A program made the translations under genes and the position numbers. Below the pieces are notes generated by a model. That model saw only the letters and a program-made list of their open reading frames with translations. It was not told where the DNA came from and did not search any database. Positions 9,434-18,175 of a stretch of DNA of 64,000 nucleotides are shown one piece after another; the first letter of the stretch is position 1; every line of letters starts with the position of its first letter. The stretch is from Opitutales bacterium (GTDB lineage: Bacteria > Verrucomicrobiota > Verrucomicrobiia > Opitutales > JABSRG01). Location: positions 64,001 through 128,000 of the forward strand of contig JBMYOQ010000005.1 of assembly GCA_049599475.1 (NCBI GenBank). The letters are read 5' to 3'.

Positions 9434-11890
9434 ATGATTACTGACTCACATCGTCCTTGGTCGCCAAAGAGCGCCACATCCTCCCGCCTGTTGACGGGTG
9501 GATTCTTCGTATGTGTTCTCGCAGGTTCTACATTGCAGGCACAGGAAGCGGAGGAAGATATCCTGGAGCTCGACAGCTATGTATTCGAGACCAACGAAAT
9601 TGACGACACAGGGATTCTTCCGGATCGTCCGATTGAAGGTTTCGGCGCGGGCTACTCGTCGTTGACGGAGATTCCGCGTTCGATCACGACTCTGGAGTCG
9701 GACCTCATCGACAATTTTGCGATTGAGAATGTAAACGACTTCGTGCGTGTCGCAGCGGGAACATACACGGGCAACTACTTTGGTGTTCCTGGAGCCCTCG
9801 ATGTGCGCGGTGACCGCGCTGACAATCTTTTCCGCGGGTTCCGTAGGGTAGAAAACCGAGGTAACTATCCGACTCCGCTTGGTGCGACAGAATTTGTCGA
9901 AATCATTAAAGGTCCCATGCCTGTTTCTTTTGGGCCAGGCAAGGTAGGAGGAGCGCTTAATTTCTATCCTAAAACAGCTAAAAGCGATACTGCGCAGATG
10001 CTAGATGAGGCAACGGGTAAAGTCACGGCAACCATTGGAAGTTACGATAAGTATATCGGCTCAATCGAGCATGGAGCCCCGTTAGAGGTTGGCGGTAAAA
10101 AGGGTGGTTACTATGCATACCTACGTGCCGAAGATACAGGAAGTTTCTATGATAATGTCTTCAGCGAAGGACTGCTCGGACAACTTGCTTTCAACTTCGA
10201 TCTCAGCGAAGATCTTCGTATCGAATTTGGCACGATGGCCCACTACAGCAATTTGGCTCAAAACTTGGGCTGGAACCGCGTAACGCAGGACCTGATCGAT
10301 AACGGAACTTATATCACTGGATTGGATACGGATGTCCAAGATACAAACGGAAATGGCTTCCTGGACCGTGACGAACTAGATCCTATCAATGACGTAGGTG
10401 CGGGGCTCGACCAGTTTGCATTTTTAGGAAATATGACAGGTATCACGACGCCTGCGGGCAGCCCTGGATTCTTCTTAGACAGCGGGCTCGGTACGACCAC
10501 GCTGGATCATAGCCAAGTCCAAGCGGACCCTGATGACTTCTCTGAGACAGATGCGATCGTCCTCTACTTTGACCTCATCAAGCGCATCGATTTCGATACT
10601 GTATTCACAAATCAAAGCTTCTTTGATGTCTACGATCACCACAAGTATTCAACTTATGGTTTCACTGCGAAATATGACACCTACGTGTTTGAAAATCGCT
10701 CTACATTTGAGAAGCGTTGGCAGCTAGAAAATGCGACTCTTACTTCTGAGCTTGGTGGTGGAATCCGCTACTCGGATGGTGAAGAGCGCGAATCACGGGG
10801 ACGTGGCTATCAAGTGCAAGATCGTCGCGACATTTCTTTGGATTACATCCCAGCTAATACACGTTTCGAGCAGGCAGAGGCCAATGGCGATGCAACGGAT
10901 ATTCCATACAATCACGTCCAAGAAGGGGATTACCTCAATCTTGGCTTGTTTGGAAGCTTGACTGCGGCATTTGACAATGGTCTTACCGCGCAAGCCGGTA
11001 TTCGCGAAGATTATTTCGAAGTCGAAACTGAGGGTTACAGCTTTGGCCCAGGATCCGGTGCCACCAATGAAGATGAGGACGAAGCCTTCTCCTTCAATCT
11101 AAGCCTGACTTACGACACTGGCACTGGCCTGTTCCCTTACGTCACGTATGCGGAGTCCAGCTATCTGGAGTTGGGGCAGGGTAGCATTCTTGACCAGGCG
11201 CTCATCGGAAATGGTTCTTGGCTCCAGGATTCCGAAGTATTCGAAATTGGTGTGAAGGGGTCGTTCTTCGATAAAACACTCTTCGCGACGATTGCTTACT
11301 ACGACCAAGAGCGCTCCTTCAACGATTCCAACGCGAATGCATCTGTTTCCTACGGTTCTAAAGGGGTTGAGGCAGAGCTGAGATGGGTGGTTAATGAGAA
11401 CCTCTCTTTCATTGGTGCAGCCACCTTTTCTGAAGCAGAATTGGATGCCTTCCCATTTTTCCTAGGTATCCCGCCGGAAGTGCTTGGATATTCATTGGAT
11501 GATATTTCCGAAATACCTTATGGTGGACGCTTCATCTCGGACGGCAATGCGATCGATCTCGGTATCTCAACACCCGCAGATTGGCCAGCACCTACCGAGA
11601 CACACTCGCTCACCGCGATCTACTCCATGGACAATGGGCTCGGCTTCTCTTTCGGGGGAACTTACATCGGCTCGACTTTCTCAGGATTCTTCGAAGAGGT
11701 AAGCTTGCCGTCTTACATCGAATTTAATGGTTCGATCTCATATAAATATAAGAATTGGAGCTTCAATGCCTCAGTCCTCAATATCTTCGAGGAAGAAGGC
11801 TATACCCCACAGTTCCTCTTCCAGGAAGTGTTTATTGGACCAAACATAAACGAGCGTCAGTACCAACTGACGGTTGCTTACGAATGGTAA
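9434..11890 (+). CDS. TonB-dependent outer-membrane receptor
   Basis: Signal peptide; plug motifs EIPRSIT, LDVRG and VEIIKGP; beta-barrel with C-terminal YQLTVAYEW; 818 aa. Confidence 0.92.
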   Translation: MITDSHRPWSPKSATSSRLLTGGFFVCVLAGSTLQAQEAEEDILELDSYVFETNEIDDTGILPDRPIEGFGAGYSSLTEIPRSITTLESDLIDNFAIENVNDFVRVAAGTYTGNYFGVPGALDVRGDRADNLFRGFRRVENRGNYPTPLGATEFVEIIKGPMPVSFGPGKVGGALNFYPKTAKSDTAQMLDEATGKVTATIGSYDKYIGSIEHGAPLEVGGKKGGYYAYLRAEDTGSFYDNVFSEGLLGQLAFNFDLSEDLRIEFGTMAHYSNLAQNLGWNRVTQDLIDNGTYITGLDTDVQDTNGNGFLDRDELDPINDVGAGLDQFAFLGNMTGITTPAGSPGFFLDSGLGTTTLDHSQVQADPDDFSETDAIVLYFDLIKRIDFDTVFTNQSFFDVYDHHKYSTYGFTAKYDTYVFENRSTFEKRWQLENATLTSELGGGIRYSDGEERESRGRGYQVQDRRDISLDYIPANTRFEQAEANGDATDIPYNHVQEGDYLNLGLFGSLTAAFDNGLTAQAGIREDYFEVETEGYSFGPGSGATNEDEDEAFSFNLSLTYDTGTGLFPYVTYAESSYLELGQGSILDQALIGNGSWLQDSEVFEIGVKGSFFDKTLFATIAYYDQERSFNDSNANASVSYGSKGVEAELRWVVNENLSFIGAATFSEAELDAFPFFLGIPPEVLGYSLDDISEIPYGGRFISDGNAIDLGISTPADWPAPTETHSLTAIYSMDNGLGFSFGGTYIGSTFSGFFEEVSLPSYIEFNGSISYKYKNWSFNASVLNIFEEEGYTPQFLFQEVFIGPNINERQYQLTVAYEW

Positions 11891-11900
11891 TCTCAGGTCG

Positions 11901-11928
11901 GCGGGCGAGGCAGAATAGTCTCGCCCGT
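11901..11928 (+). other. GC-rich hairpin after the receptor gene (stabiliser or partial terminator)
   Basis: gcgggcgaggc-agaata-gtctcgcccgt, with no strong U-tract. Confidence 0.55.
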
Positions 11929-11974
11929 TGTATTTCAAGTAGTTGTTTTGTTTGTAGTGTAAATATTGGTTAGA

Positions 11975-12035
11975 TTAGGACAAACCGCGCATTCTCCGAA
12001 TGGTGAGATCTTTGGAGAATGCCGGGTTGTTCTAA
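11975..12035 (+). repeat. Long imperfect inverted repeat (~25 bp stem, 10 nt loop)
   Basis: ttaggacaaaccgcgcattctccgaa / tttggagaatgccgggttgttctaa: 1 mismatch, 1 bulge and 2 G-U pairs. Confidence 0.75.
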
Positions 12036-12064
12036 CGGCCTCTCAGAGTTCTCTTACCCATACC

Positions 12065-12634
12065 GTGAACGAATCGAGGAAAACAGAAATAGCGCAGAAT
12101 GTTGTAGCCGCTTTCAAGGGGTACGAAGCCGCATTGGTTTCCAACGACATTGAAGCCTTACAAAGTTACTTTCACCAATCGCCTGATGCTATTCGCTTCG
12201 GAGTGAATGAGCAATTATATGGCTACGAAGCGATCGCTCAGTTTCGCAAAGACCGTGTAATCAATTTTCGTAACCGGACGGAAAAACGCTTCGAAATCTC
12301 GGTTCTATCCGAGACTGTCGCGACCACGATGTACGAATACTCTATTGAGGTAGAGGGCGTGCCGCGAGATGGGAGACAGTCGCAGACATGGTTGTTCTCC
12401 GAGGGTAATTGGAAAATAATTACGGCACATGTTTCCCTACTTCCTGGTCGATCGGAAGTAGCTGACTGGAAACGCTTTGCACAGGAAAATGCAGCCTGCC
12501 TCGATTTTACTATCGATCCAGCTCATTTGGCAGGCGTTGTGCAACACCTAGAGACCATGGATAAACTTGTGGAGCCTCTGATGGATTTTGAATTGCCGGA
12601 GGACGTGGAGCCCGCTCCTGTATTTCGCCCATGA
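12065..12634 (+). CDS. AtzH/HpxZ-like (DUF3225) fused to AtzG/HpxX-like (DUF4089) protein
   Basis: YEAALVSND, IRFGVNEQLYG, GRQSQTW and IITAHVS (AtzH-like), then GVVQHL...LPEDVEPAPVFRP (AtzG-like) in one frame. GTG at 12065 is preferred because the longer ORF start runs through the hairpin. Confidence 0.82.
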   Translation: MNESRKTEIAQNVVAAFKGYEAALVSNDIEALQSYFHQSPDAIRFGVNEQLYGYEAIAQFRKDRVINFRNRTEKRFEISVLSETVATTMYEYSIEVEGVPRDGRQSQTWLFSEGNWKIITAHVSLLPGRSEVADWKRFAQENAACLDFTIDPAHLAGVVQHLETMDKLVEPLMDFELPEDVEPAPVFRP

Positions 12635-14028
12635 GCACACCTTATTATCGCATGCAAGCTGCAGAAATTGCGGCAGGTGTGAAAACGAAACAATTTTCGG
12701 CGGTCGAAATTGTCCAAGCATGTATTGATAGAATAGATACTGTAGGGCAGAAGCTAAATGCATTTACACGGGTCACGCGTGAGCGCGCACTCGCAGAAGC
12801 GGCGGAACTGGATGCTGCGCTTGCTCGAGGCGAAGATGTTGGCCCCCTTGCAGGCGTTCCTTTTGCCGTGAAAAATCTCTTCGACTTAAAGGGCGAGGTG
12901 ACTGTTGCAGGGTCCAAAATTAACAGAGATAATGATCCGGCGGAATCCGATGCGACCGCGGTCCAGCGCCTTACTCAAGCTGGAGCCATTTGCGTGGGCG
13001 CACTCAATATGGGGGAATACGCCTATGATTTTGTCACTGAAAATGCCCACGATGGCGCGACGCTCAATCCTTGGGACTTGGGGCATTCGGCGGGCGGTTC
13101 CTCGGGTGGCTCAGGAGCAGCAACGGCGGGTGGGCTTGTGCCCATAACTCTTGGAACGGATACCAATGGATCTATCCGAGTGCCTTCTTCATTCTGCGGT
13201 ATTTGGGGAATACGCCCCACCTATGGGCGTCTCTCTCGCGGAGGTTCGTTTGCCTTTGTTGATAGTATTGATACGATTGGCCCGTTCGCGCGGAGTGTTG
13301 AGGATCTTGCTCAAGCCTACGATGCCATGTCAGGTCCCGACGCACGCGATGCCGCATGCTCGGAGTTGCCAGAAACCGCGTTTGCCCAAACCCTGACTTC
13401 GGCTGATACACCGTTTAGGATCGCCAAGCTTGGGGGCTATTTCGCGGAAGGCGGCGATCCCAAGGTGCATGCGGCCGTGGATACCGTCATGGCGGCTTTA
13501 GGAGTCAGTGAATCAGTCGAGATCCCTGAGCCAGCGCTCGCTAGAACCTCTGCATTTGTCATTACTTGCGCAGAAGCCGGAGCACGCCATCTAGACCGAG
13601 TGCGCAGCCGTGCTCATGATTTCGATCCGAATATTCGCGACCGCTTTATTGCCGGTACGATGGTTCCGCACGCTTGGGTGGATAAGGCCCAGCGCTTTCG
13701 CACCTGGTGGCATGGCGAGGTGATGAAGGTGTTTGAATCCGTAGATATATTGATTGCACCGGCGACACCGCTTACTGCTTCAAAGCTTGGCCAAAAGACT
13801 CTGAGCTTCAACGGGGAGCAGTTGCCCCTACGCCCCAATATCGGCCTATTTACGCAGCCCTTGTCGTTTGCGGGTCTTCCTATTTTAGCGGCTCCAGTGC
13901 ATCGCGACGAGCAGATGCCGTGTGCCGTCCAGCTGGTAGCGGCTCCGCATGCTGAAGAAAAATTATTTAAATTGGCTCGAAAGTTGGAGACGATGGGGGT
14001 GTGCACCTCCCCGGTGGCTTCATTTTAA
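12631..14028 (+). CDS. atzE: AtzE-family amidase (1-carboxybiuret hydrolase-like)
   Basis: GVPFAVKNLFD, GALNMGEYAYDF, GGSSGGS, LGTDTNGSIRVP and FTQPLSFAGLP; amidase signature; coupled to the AtzG-like gene. Confidence 0.85.
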   Translation: MSTPYYRMQAAEIAAGVKTKQFSAVEIVQACIDRIDTVGQKLNAFTRVTRERALAEAAELDAALARGEDVGPLAGVPFAVKNLFDLKGEVTVAGSKINRDNDPAESDATAVQRLTQAGAICVGALNMGEYAYDFVTENAHDGATLNPWDLGHSAGGSSGGSGAATAGGLVPITLGTDTNGSIRVPSSFCGIWGIRPTYGRLSRGGSFAFVDSIDTIGPFARSVEDLAQAYDAMSGPDARDAACSELPETAFAQTLTSADTPFRIAKLGGYFAEGGDPKVHAAVDTVMAALGVSESVEIPEPALARTSAFVITCAEAGARHLDRVRSRAHDFDPNIRDRFIAGTMVPHAWVDKAQRFRTWWHGEVMKVFESVDILIAPATPLTASKLGQKTLSFNGEQLPLRPNIGLFTQPLSFAGLPILAAPVHRDEQMPCAVQLVAAPHAEEKLFKLARKLETMGVCTSPVASF

Positions 14029-14050
14029 GTGTATCCTAAATTAAATTACA

Positions 14051-14731
14051 ATGTCTCCTGCGCCTGTTAATGCCCAGCCTTTTGAGTTCCATCTGAAGAT
14101 GGATGAGTGTGCATTCCTCATCATTGATATGCAGCGGGACTTTGTTGAGCCTGGAGGTTTTGGAGAATCTTTGGGAAATGATGTATCCTTGCTCCGTTCG
14201 ACAATATTGCCTACGGCTCGGTTGCTGGCTGCATGGCGCGAAATGGGGGGTAAAGTGATACACACGCGTGAAGGGCATTTGCCGGATTTGTCGGATCTTC
14301 CGGAATCTAAGCGCACGCGAGGCAATCCGGAAATTGCGATAGGGGATACCGGGCCGATGGGCCGCATTCTAATTCGCGGCGAAGCGGGCCAAGGCATCAT
14401 TCCTGAGTTAGCCCCCGCCGAGGGTGAGTGCGTGATCGATAAGCCGGGGAAGGGCGCATTCTATAATACGTCTCTCGGAGATTATTTGAAGGCGGAAGGG
14501 ATCACTCAATTGATTGTTGCAGGAGTGACCACTGAGGTTTGCGTGCACACCACCGTGCGAGAGGCCAATGATCGCGGATATGACTGCCTCGTATTATCGG
14601 ACTGCACAGGGTCTTATTTCCCGGAATTTCATGAAATGGCCTTAAAAATGGTCGTAGCTCAGAGCGGCATATTTGGCTGGGTGTCCGAGAGTGCATCTAT
14701 CTTAAACGCACTAGATAAATTGAAGGAATAA
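14051..14731 (+). CDS. trtA: Isochorismatase-like cysteine hydrolase, triuret hydrolase (TrtA)-like
   Basis: D-K-C triad (IDMQRDF, DKPGKGAF, GVTTEVCV). GGFGESLGND, TEVC, GSYF and GIFGW match TrtA as recalled rather than BiuH (GGY..MGYD, TDVC, GAT, GVFG). Confidence 0.72.
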   Translation: MSPAPVNAQPFEFHLKMDECAFLIIDMQRDFVEPGGFGESLGNDVSLLRSTILPTARLLAAWREMGGKVIHTREGHLPDLSDLPESKRTRGNPEIAIGDTGPMGRILIRGEAGQGIIPELAPAEGECVIDKPGKGAFYNTSLGDYLKAEGITQLIVAGVTTEVCVHTTVREANDRGYDCLVLSDCTGSYFPEFHEMALKMVVAQSGIFGWVSESASILNALDKLKE

Positions 14732-14737
14732 AACGCG

Positions 14738-16312
14738 ATGACTGATTCCACGAATACTTTTAAGCCCAAGCTCTGGGTTCCCGGAGATTGGAATGCATTT
14801 TTTGGATACGGGACAAATATTTTGGTAAATGTCCTCACGCTCACAGGCTTATTGAGATTCGTATTGGGCTTTCCTGACGAGCTTGTTTTCGGTCGAGTAT
14901 TACCAGCAGTCGGGTTGATGCTTTTCCTGTCCACTTTTTATTATTCCTGGATGGCGTATCGTCTGGCGAAGGAAACGGGACGCACCGATGTCTGTGCACT
15001 CCCATCCGGGCCGGGAGTGGGGCACATGTTTATCTGTGTGTTTGTGGTCATGATGCCGATAAAAATGGAGACGGGCGATCCTGTTAAAGCTTGGGAAGCC
15101 GGCCTCACCTGGGTGTTTATTCAGAGTTTTGTCCTCGTGATCGGCGCATTCTTGGGGAAGTGGATTCGTAAGATTACCCCGCGTGCTGCGCTTTTGGGTA
15201 CTCTCGCTGGGGTCGCGATTACTTTTATCTCAATGCGTCCACTGATGCAGATGTTCCTCACTCCAGCGATTGGCGTGCTGTGCTTTGTCATCATTATGGC
15301 AGGCTGGTTCGGAGGTGTGAAATTCTTCAAGGGAATGCCCGCAGGTTTAGTTGCCTTGTTGGGAGGCACTGCCATTGCTTGGGGATCTCAATTATTCGGA
15401 ATGAATCTGGGTGGCTTGTCGCTTGAGGGGGTGACTGACTCTTTGAAATATTTTGGATTTAGCATTCCGATTCCAGCCCTCGATCATACGTTTTCGGGCT
15501 TCGAGTTTTTAGGTATCCTGCTCGTGACTGCGATTCCCTTCGGCCTGTATGATTTGATCGAAGCGATCGATAATGTGGAGAGCTCCGCCGCAGCGGGAGA
15601 CCCATATCCTACCAAAAAAGTGCTCTTGGCCGACGGTGTTGTCAGTATGATCGGTTGCTTGATGGGGAATCCATTTACCTTAGCCGTTTATATTGGGCAT
15701 CCCGGCTGGAAGGCTATGGGTGGCCGTATCGGCTACACTTTGGCAACAGGTGTTATGGTGATTCTGTTGTGCTGGTTTGGTACAGTCTCTGTGATATTGG
15801 CCGTCGTGCCGGTTGTCGCAATATTACCAATACTTTTATATATCGGACTCTTGATTGGCTCTCAGGCATTTCAAGAGACTCCCGCGCGTCACGCACCCGC
15901 AGTGATCATGGCGATGGTGCCGCACATGGCACACTGGGCTGGAGGTATGATCGAGGGTGCGCTCAATGCAAATGGCATTTTCGAACGCACACCAGAGCTC
16001 TACGAGAAGCTCGCTGGGGAAGGTGTATTGCTTCAAGGCCTACACAAAGTCGGAGATGGTGCAGCGCTCTCTGGGATTATTCTGGCGACGATGACTGTGT
16101 TTATCATCGAACGAAAATTACAGTATGCCGCGATTGCTGCCGCGATTGGCGCCGGCCTGACTTATTTGGGCTTAATGCATGGTCAAAATGTGGGCTGGGC
16201 GATGAATCCGAGTATAGCGCTGGGATACTTGATGACGGCTGGGTTTCTTGCCTTGTGCTCACGCCAGAAACTCGATCCCGTTCCTGAAGACCCACATCAC
16301 CATGCGTCTTAG
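14738..16312 (+). CDS. NCS2/AzgA-like (xanthine/uracil permease-related) transporter
   Basis: Many TM segments; GDWNAFFG, DVCALPSGP, DNVESSAAAGD and VYIGHPGWKAMGGRIGY. Confidence 0.8.
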   Translation: MTDSTNTFKPKLWVPGDWNAFFGYGTNILVNVLTLTGLLRFVLGFPDELVFGRVLPAVGLMLFLSTFYYSWMAYRLAKETGRTDVCALPSGPGVGHMFICVFVVMMPIKMETGDPVKAWEAGLTWVFIQSFVLVIGAFLGKWIRKITPRAALLGTLAGVAITFISMRPLMQMFLTPAIGVLCFVIIMAGWFGGVKFFKGMPAGLVALLGGTAIAWGSQLFGMNLGGLSLEGVTDSLKYFGFSIPIPALDHTFSGFEFLGILLVTAIPFGLYDLIEAIDNVESSAAAGDPYPTKKVLLADGVVSMIGCLMGNPFTLAVYIGHPGWKAMGGRIGYTLATGVMVILLCWFGTVSVILAVVPVVAILPILLYIGLLIGSQAFQETPARHAPAVIMAMVPHMAHWAGGMIEGALNANGIFERTPELYEKLAGEGVLLQGLHKVGDGAALSGIILATMTVFIIERKLQYAAIAAAIGAGLTYLGLMHGQNVGWAMNPSIALGYLMTAGFLALCSRQKLDPVPEDPHHHAS

Positions 16313-17237
16313 GCCTTTTTATAGCCTGGTTTTTGCTGCCGTACTGGCGGGGCCGTTGGTGGCACAGCCGGTTTGGCTGGATATGGACCAGCAGGCATTG
16401 GATGATGCGTATAATCAGAGTGTATGGGCCGGGAACCTAGAGCAGGTCATTGCTCGCTTCGATTCGAACAGTGATCGCGCCCGAGCAGCCCTCGGAGCGC
16501 CCAAGCGATTCACGTATGGGCAGGAGCCGGATGAAGGTATTGATGTTTATAGGACGTCTGCCGATAACGCACCTATTCATATTTTCATACATGGAGGAGC
16601 CTGGTTTTTGGGGCGCGCACATGGAAACGCGCATGCGGCTGAGGCCTTCGTGGATGCGGGAGTGCATTTTGTAGTTCCTGATTTTTCATCGGTGAAAGAT
16701 CTTGGAGGCAACCTCGGCGGGATGGTTGCGCAGCTGCGAGCGGCTGTCGCGTGGGTCTATAAGAATGCGGCGACAGAGTTTGGTGGTGATCCTAACCGAA
16801 TATTTCTCTCCGGTTTTTCATCAGGAGGCCATCTTGCGTCAGTCCTTGCTACGACGGATTGGCCAGCGTTCGAAAAAGGCCTGCCATCTCAAATGTTTCA
16901 AGGCGCGGTCCTCTGTAGTGGAATGTATGATCTGTATCCCGTCAGCCTGTCGGCCCGCAGAGAGTATGTGAATTTCACAGATCAGATTATCGAAGATTAT
17001 AGCGCATTGAGACAGCTTCATTACCTAAACTGTCCAATCGTGCTGGCTTACGGTGGATTGGAGTCGCCCGAGTTTAAGCGGCAATCCGAGGTGTTTTATG
17101 AGGCACTCACAAAGGCTGAAGTTCCGGTCGAATTGATCGTCGCGGAGCAATACAATCATTTCGAAGTGATAGAGACCCTGGGGAACCCGTTCGGGCATTT
17201 AGGCAAGGCAGCTCTAGCGCAGATTTTCGGGAAATAG
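16302..17237 (+). CDS. Alpha/beta hydrolase, arylformamidase-like, with signal peptide
   Basis: HGGAW oxyanion motif, GFSSGG nucleophile, ESPEF and NHFE; MRLRPFYSLVFAAVLAGPLVA leader starting at ATG 16302. Confidence 0.82.
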   Translation: MRLRPFYSLVFAAVLAGPLVAQPVWLDMDQQALDDAYNQSVWAGNLEQVIARFDSNSDRARAALGAPKRFTYGQEPDEGIDVYRTSADNAPIHIFIHGGAWFLGRAHGNAHAAEAFVDAGVHFVVPDFSSVKDLGGNLGGMVAQLRAAVAWVYKNAATEFGGDPNRIFLSGFSSGGHLASVLATTDWPAFEKGLPSQMFQGAVLCSGMYDLYPVSLSARREYVNFTDQIIEDYSALRQLHYLNCPIVLAYGGLESPEFKRQSEVFYEALTKAEVPVELIVAEQYNHFEVIETLGNPFGHLGKAALAQIFGK

Positions 17238-17290
17238 ATCAAAGGCGATCATGATTGGAGTGCCTCTGCCGGGATCCCATGGCTGAGAGT

Positions 17291-17977
17291 TTATTCGACC
17301 TCTTGATACAGGGATTGGCTTATGATCGATCCGTGCTCACTTTCGGAAATAGCCCTTGTGATTGAAGGCTGTGCGTCTAGAGCCTGGCCGAGCATCTTAA
17401 GTCCATCCGTGTTGAAAGAAATTAAGTGGCTGAATGATCCATCTCCGACTTCTACTCGAAACATGTTAATGTAGATGTCTTTGCTGACAGTTTCTTGAGT
17501 CTGGGTCTGCCATCTTTCAAGAGTCTCGAGGAGCTTGGATTCATTTTTTGCGGCTACCCGTAGATTCAGGAGTGTGCCAGGAGTGTGGGTTCCGTCGAAA
17601 CGAACTGCTTTTAGATAAGTGTGTGAACCGGACGATTGAAGAGTCCGTGAAAGTGTGTTGCTTGCTGCTGTCCAGTCGGGGTGTTTCGAGAAAAGATCTC
17701 GGTTTGTGAGCAGGGATTCGAACGATAGGGCCGGGATAAGTGTGAAGCCGCCCTGTGTGTCGAGTGACTGATATGCTCGAAGGAAAAGCGGAATATCATG
17801 TTGATCGCTCATCCGCGCATTGATCGCCTGCATCTCCTGTTGAAAGCGTGGCAGGTCGGAAAACGCGACAGGTTCTATACAAATTGCCGGCAGGATCTCT
17901 GGCGCCTCAGCTTTTATTGCTATAGTTTGTGAGAGTAAAACCGCGAGGCTTAGGCAAAGGATATAAGGTGTGTGCAT
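17291..17977 (-). CDS. Hypothetical exported protein
   Basis: 228 aa ORF with a hydrophobic signal-like N-terminus. Confidence 0.6.
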   Translation of the reverse strand: MHTPYILCLSLAVLLSQTIAIKAEAPEILPAICIEPVAFSDLPRFQQEMQAINARMSDQHDIPLFLRAYQSLDTQGGFTLIPALSFESLLTNRDLFSKHPDWTAASNTLSRTLQSSGSHTYLKAVRFDGTHTPGTLLNLRVAAKNESKLLETLERWQTQTQETVSKDIYINMFRVEVGDGSFSHLISFNTDGLKMLGQALDAQPSITRAISESEHGSIISQSLYQEVE

Positions 17978-18175
17978 ATTTGAGGAAACGAGTTGCGGAC
18001 GGGTCTTGCGGTCTGAGCATGGTGGGTAGCGAGTGTCGTACCGTGTGCTTGTAGGGGTTGAATCTCTGCTGATTTTATCTATCTCTGAACAATATGAGAA
18101 AGGACTATCGCCTTTACAGGAATGCCCTTTGCTGCGATACTATTTCGCTTTTTCTAACCGCAACCTATCGCTAAA

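Noticed and set aside
11966..12064. N-terminal extension of the AtzH-G ORF in the ORF track
   Set aside because: It runs through the 25-bp hairpin and precedes the recognisable domain; GTG at 12065 is more plausible.
14051..14731. Calling this gene biuret hydrolase (biuH)
   Set aside because: The diagnostic positions (GGF, LGND, TEVC, SYF, GIFG) fit TrtA as I recall it; this needs alignment to confirm.
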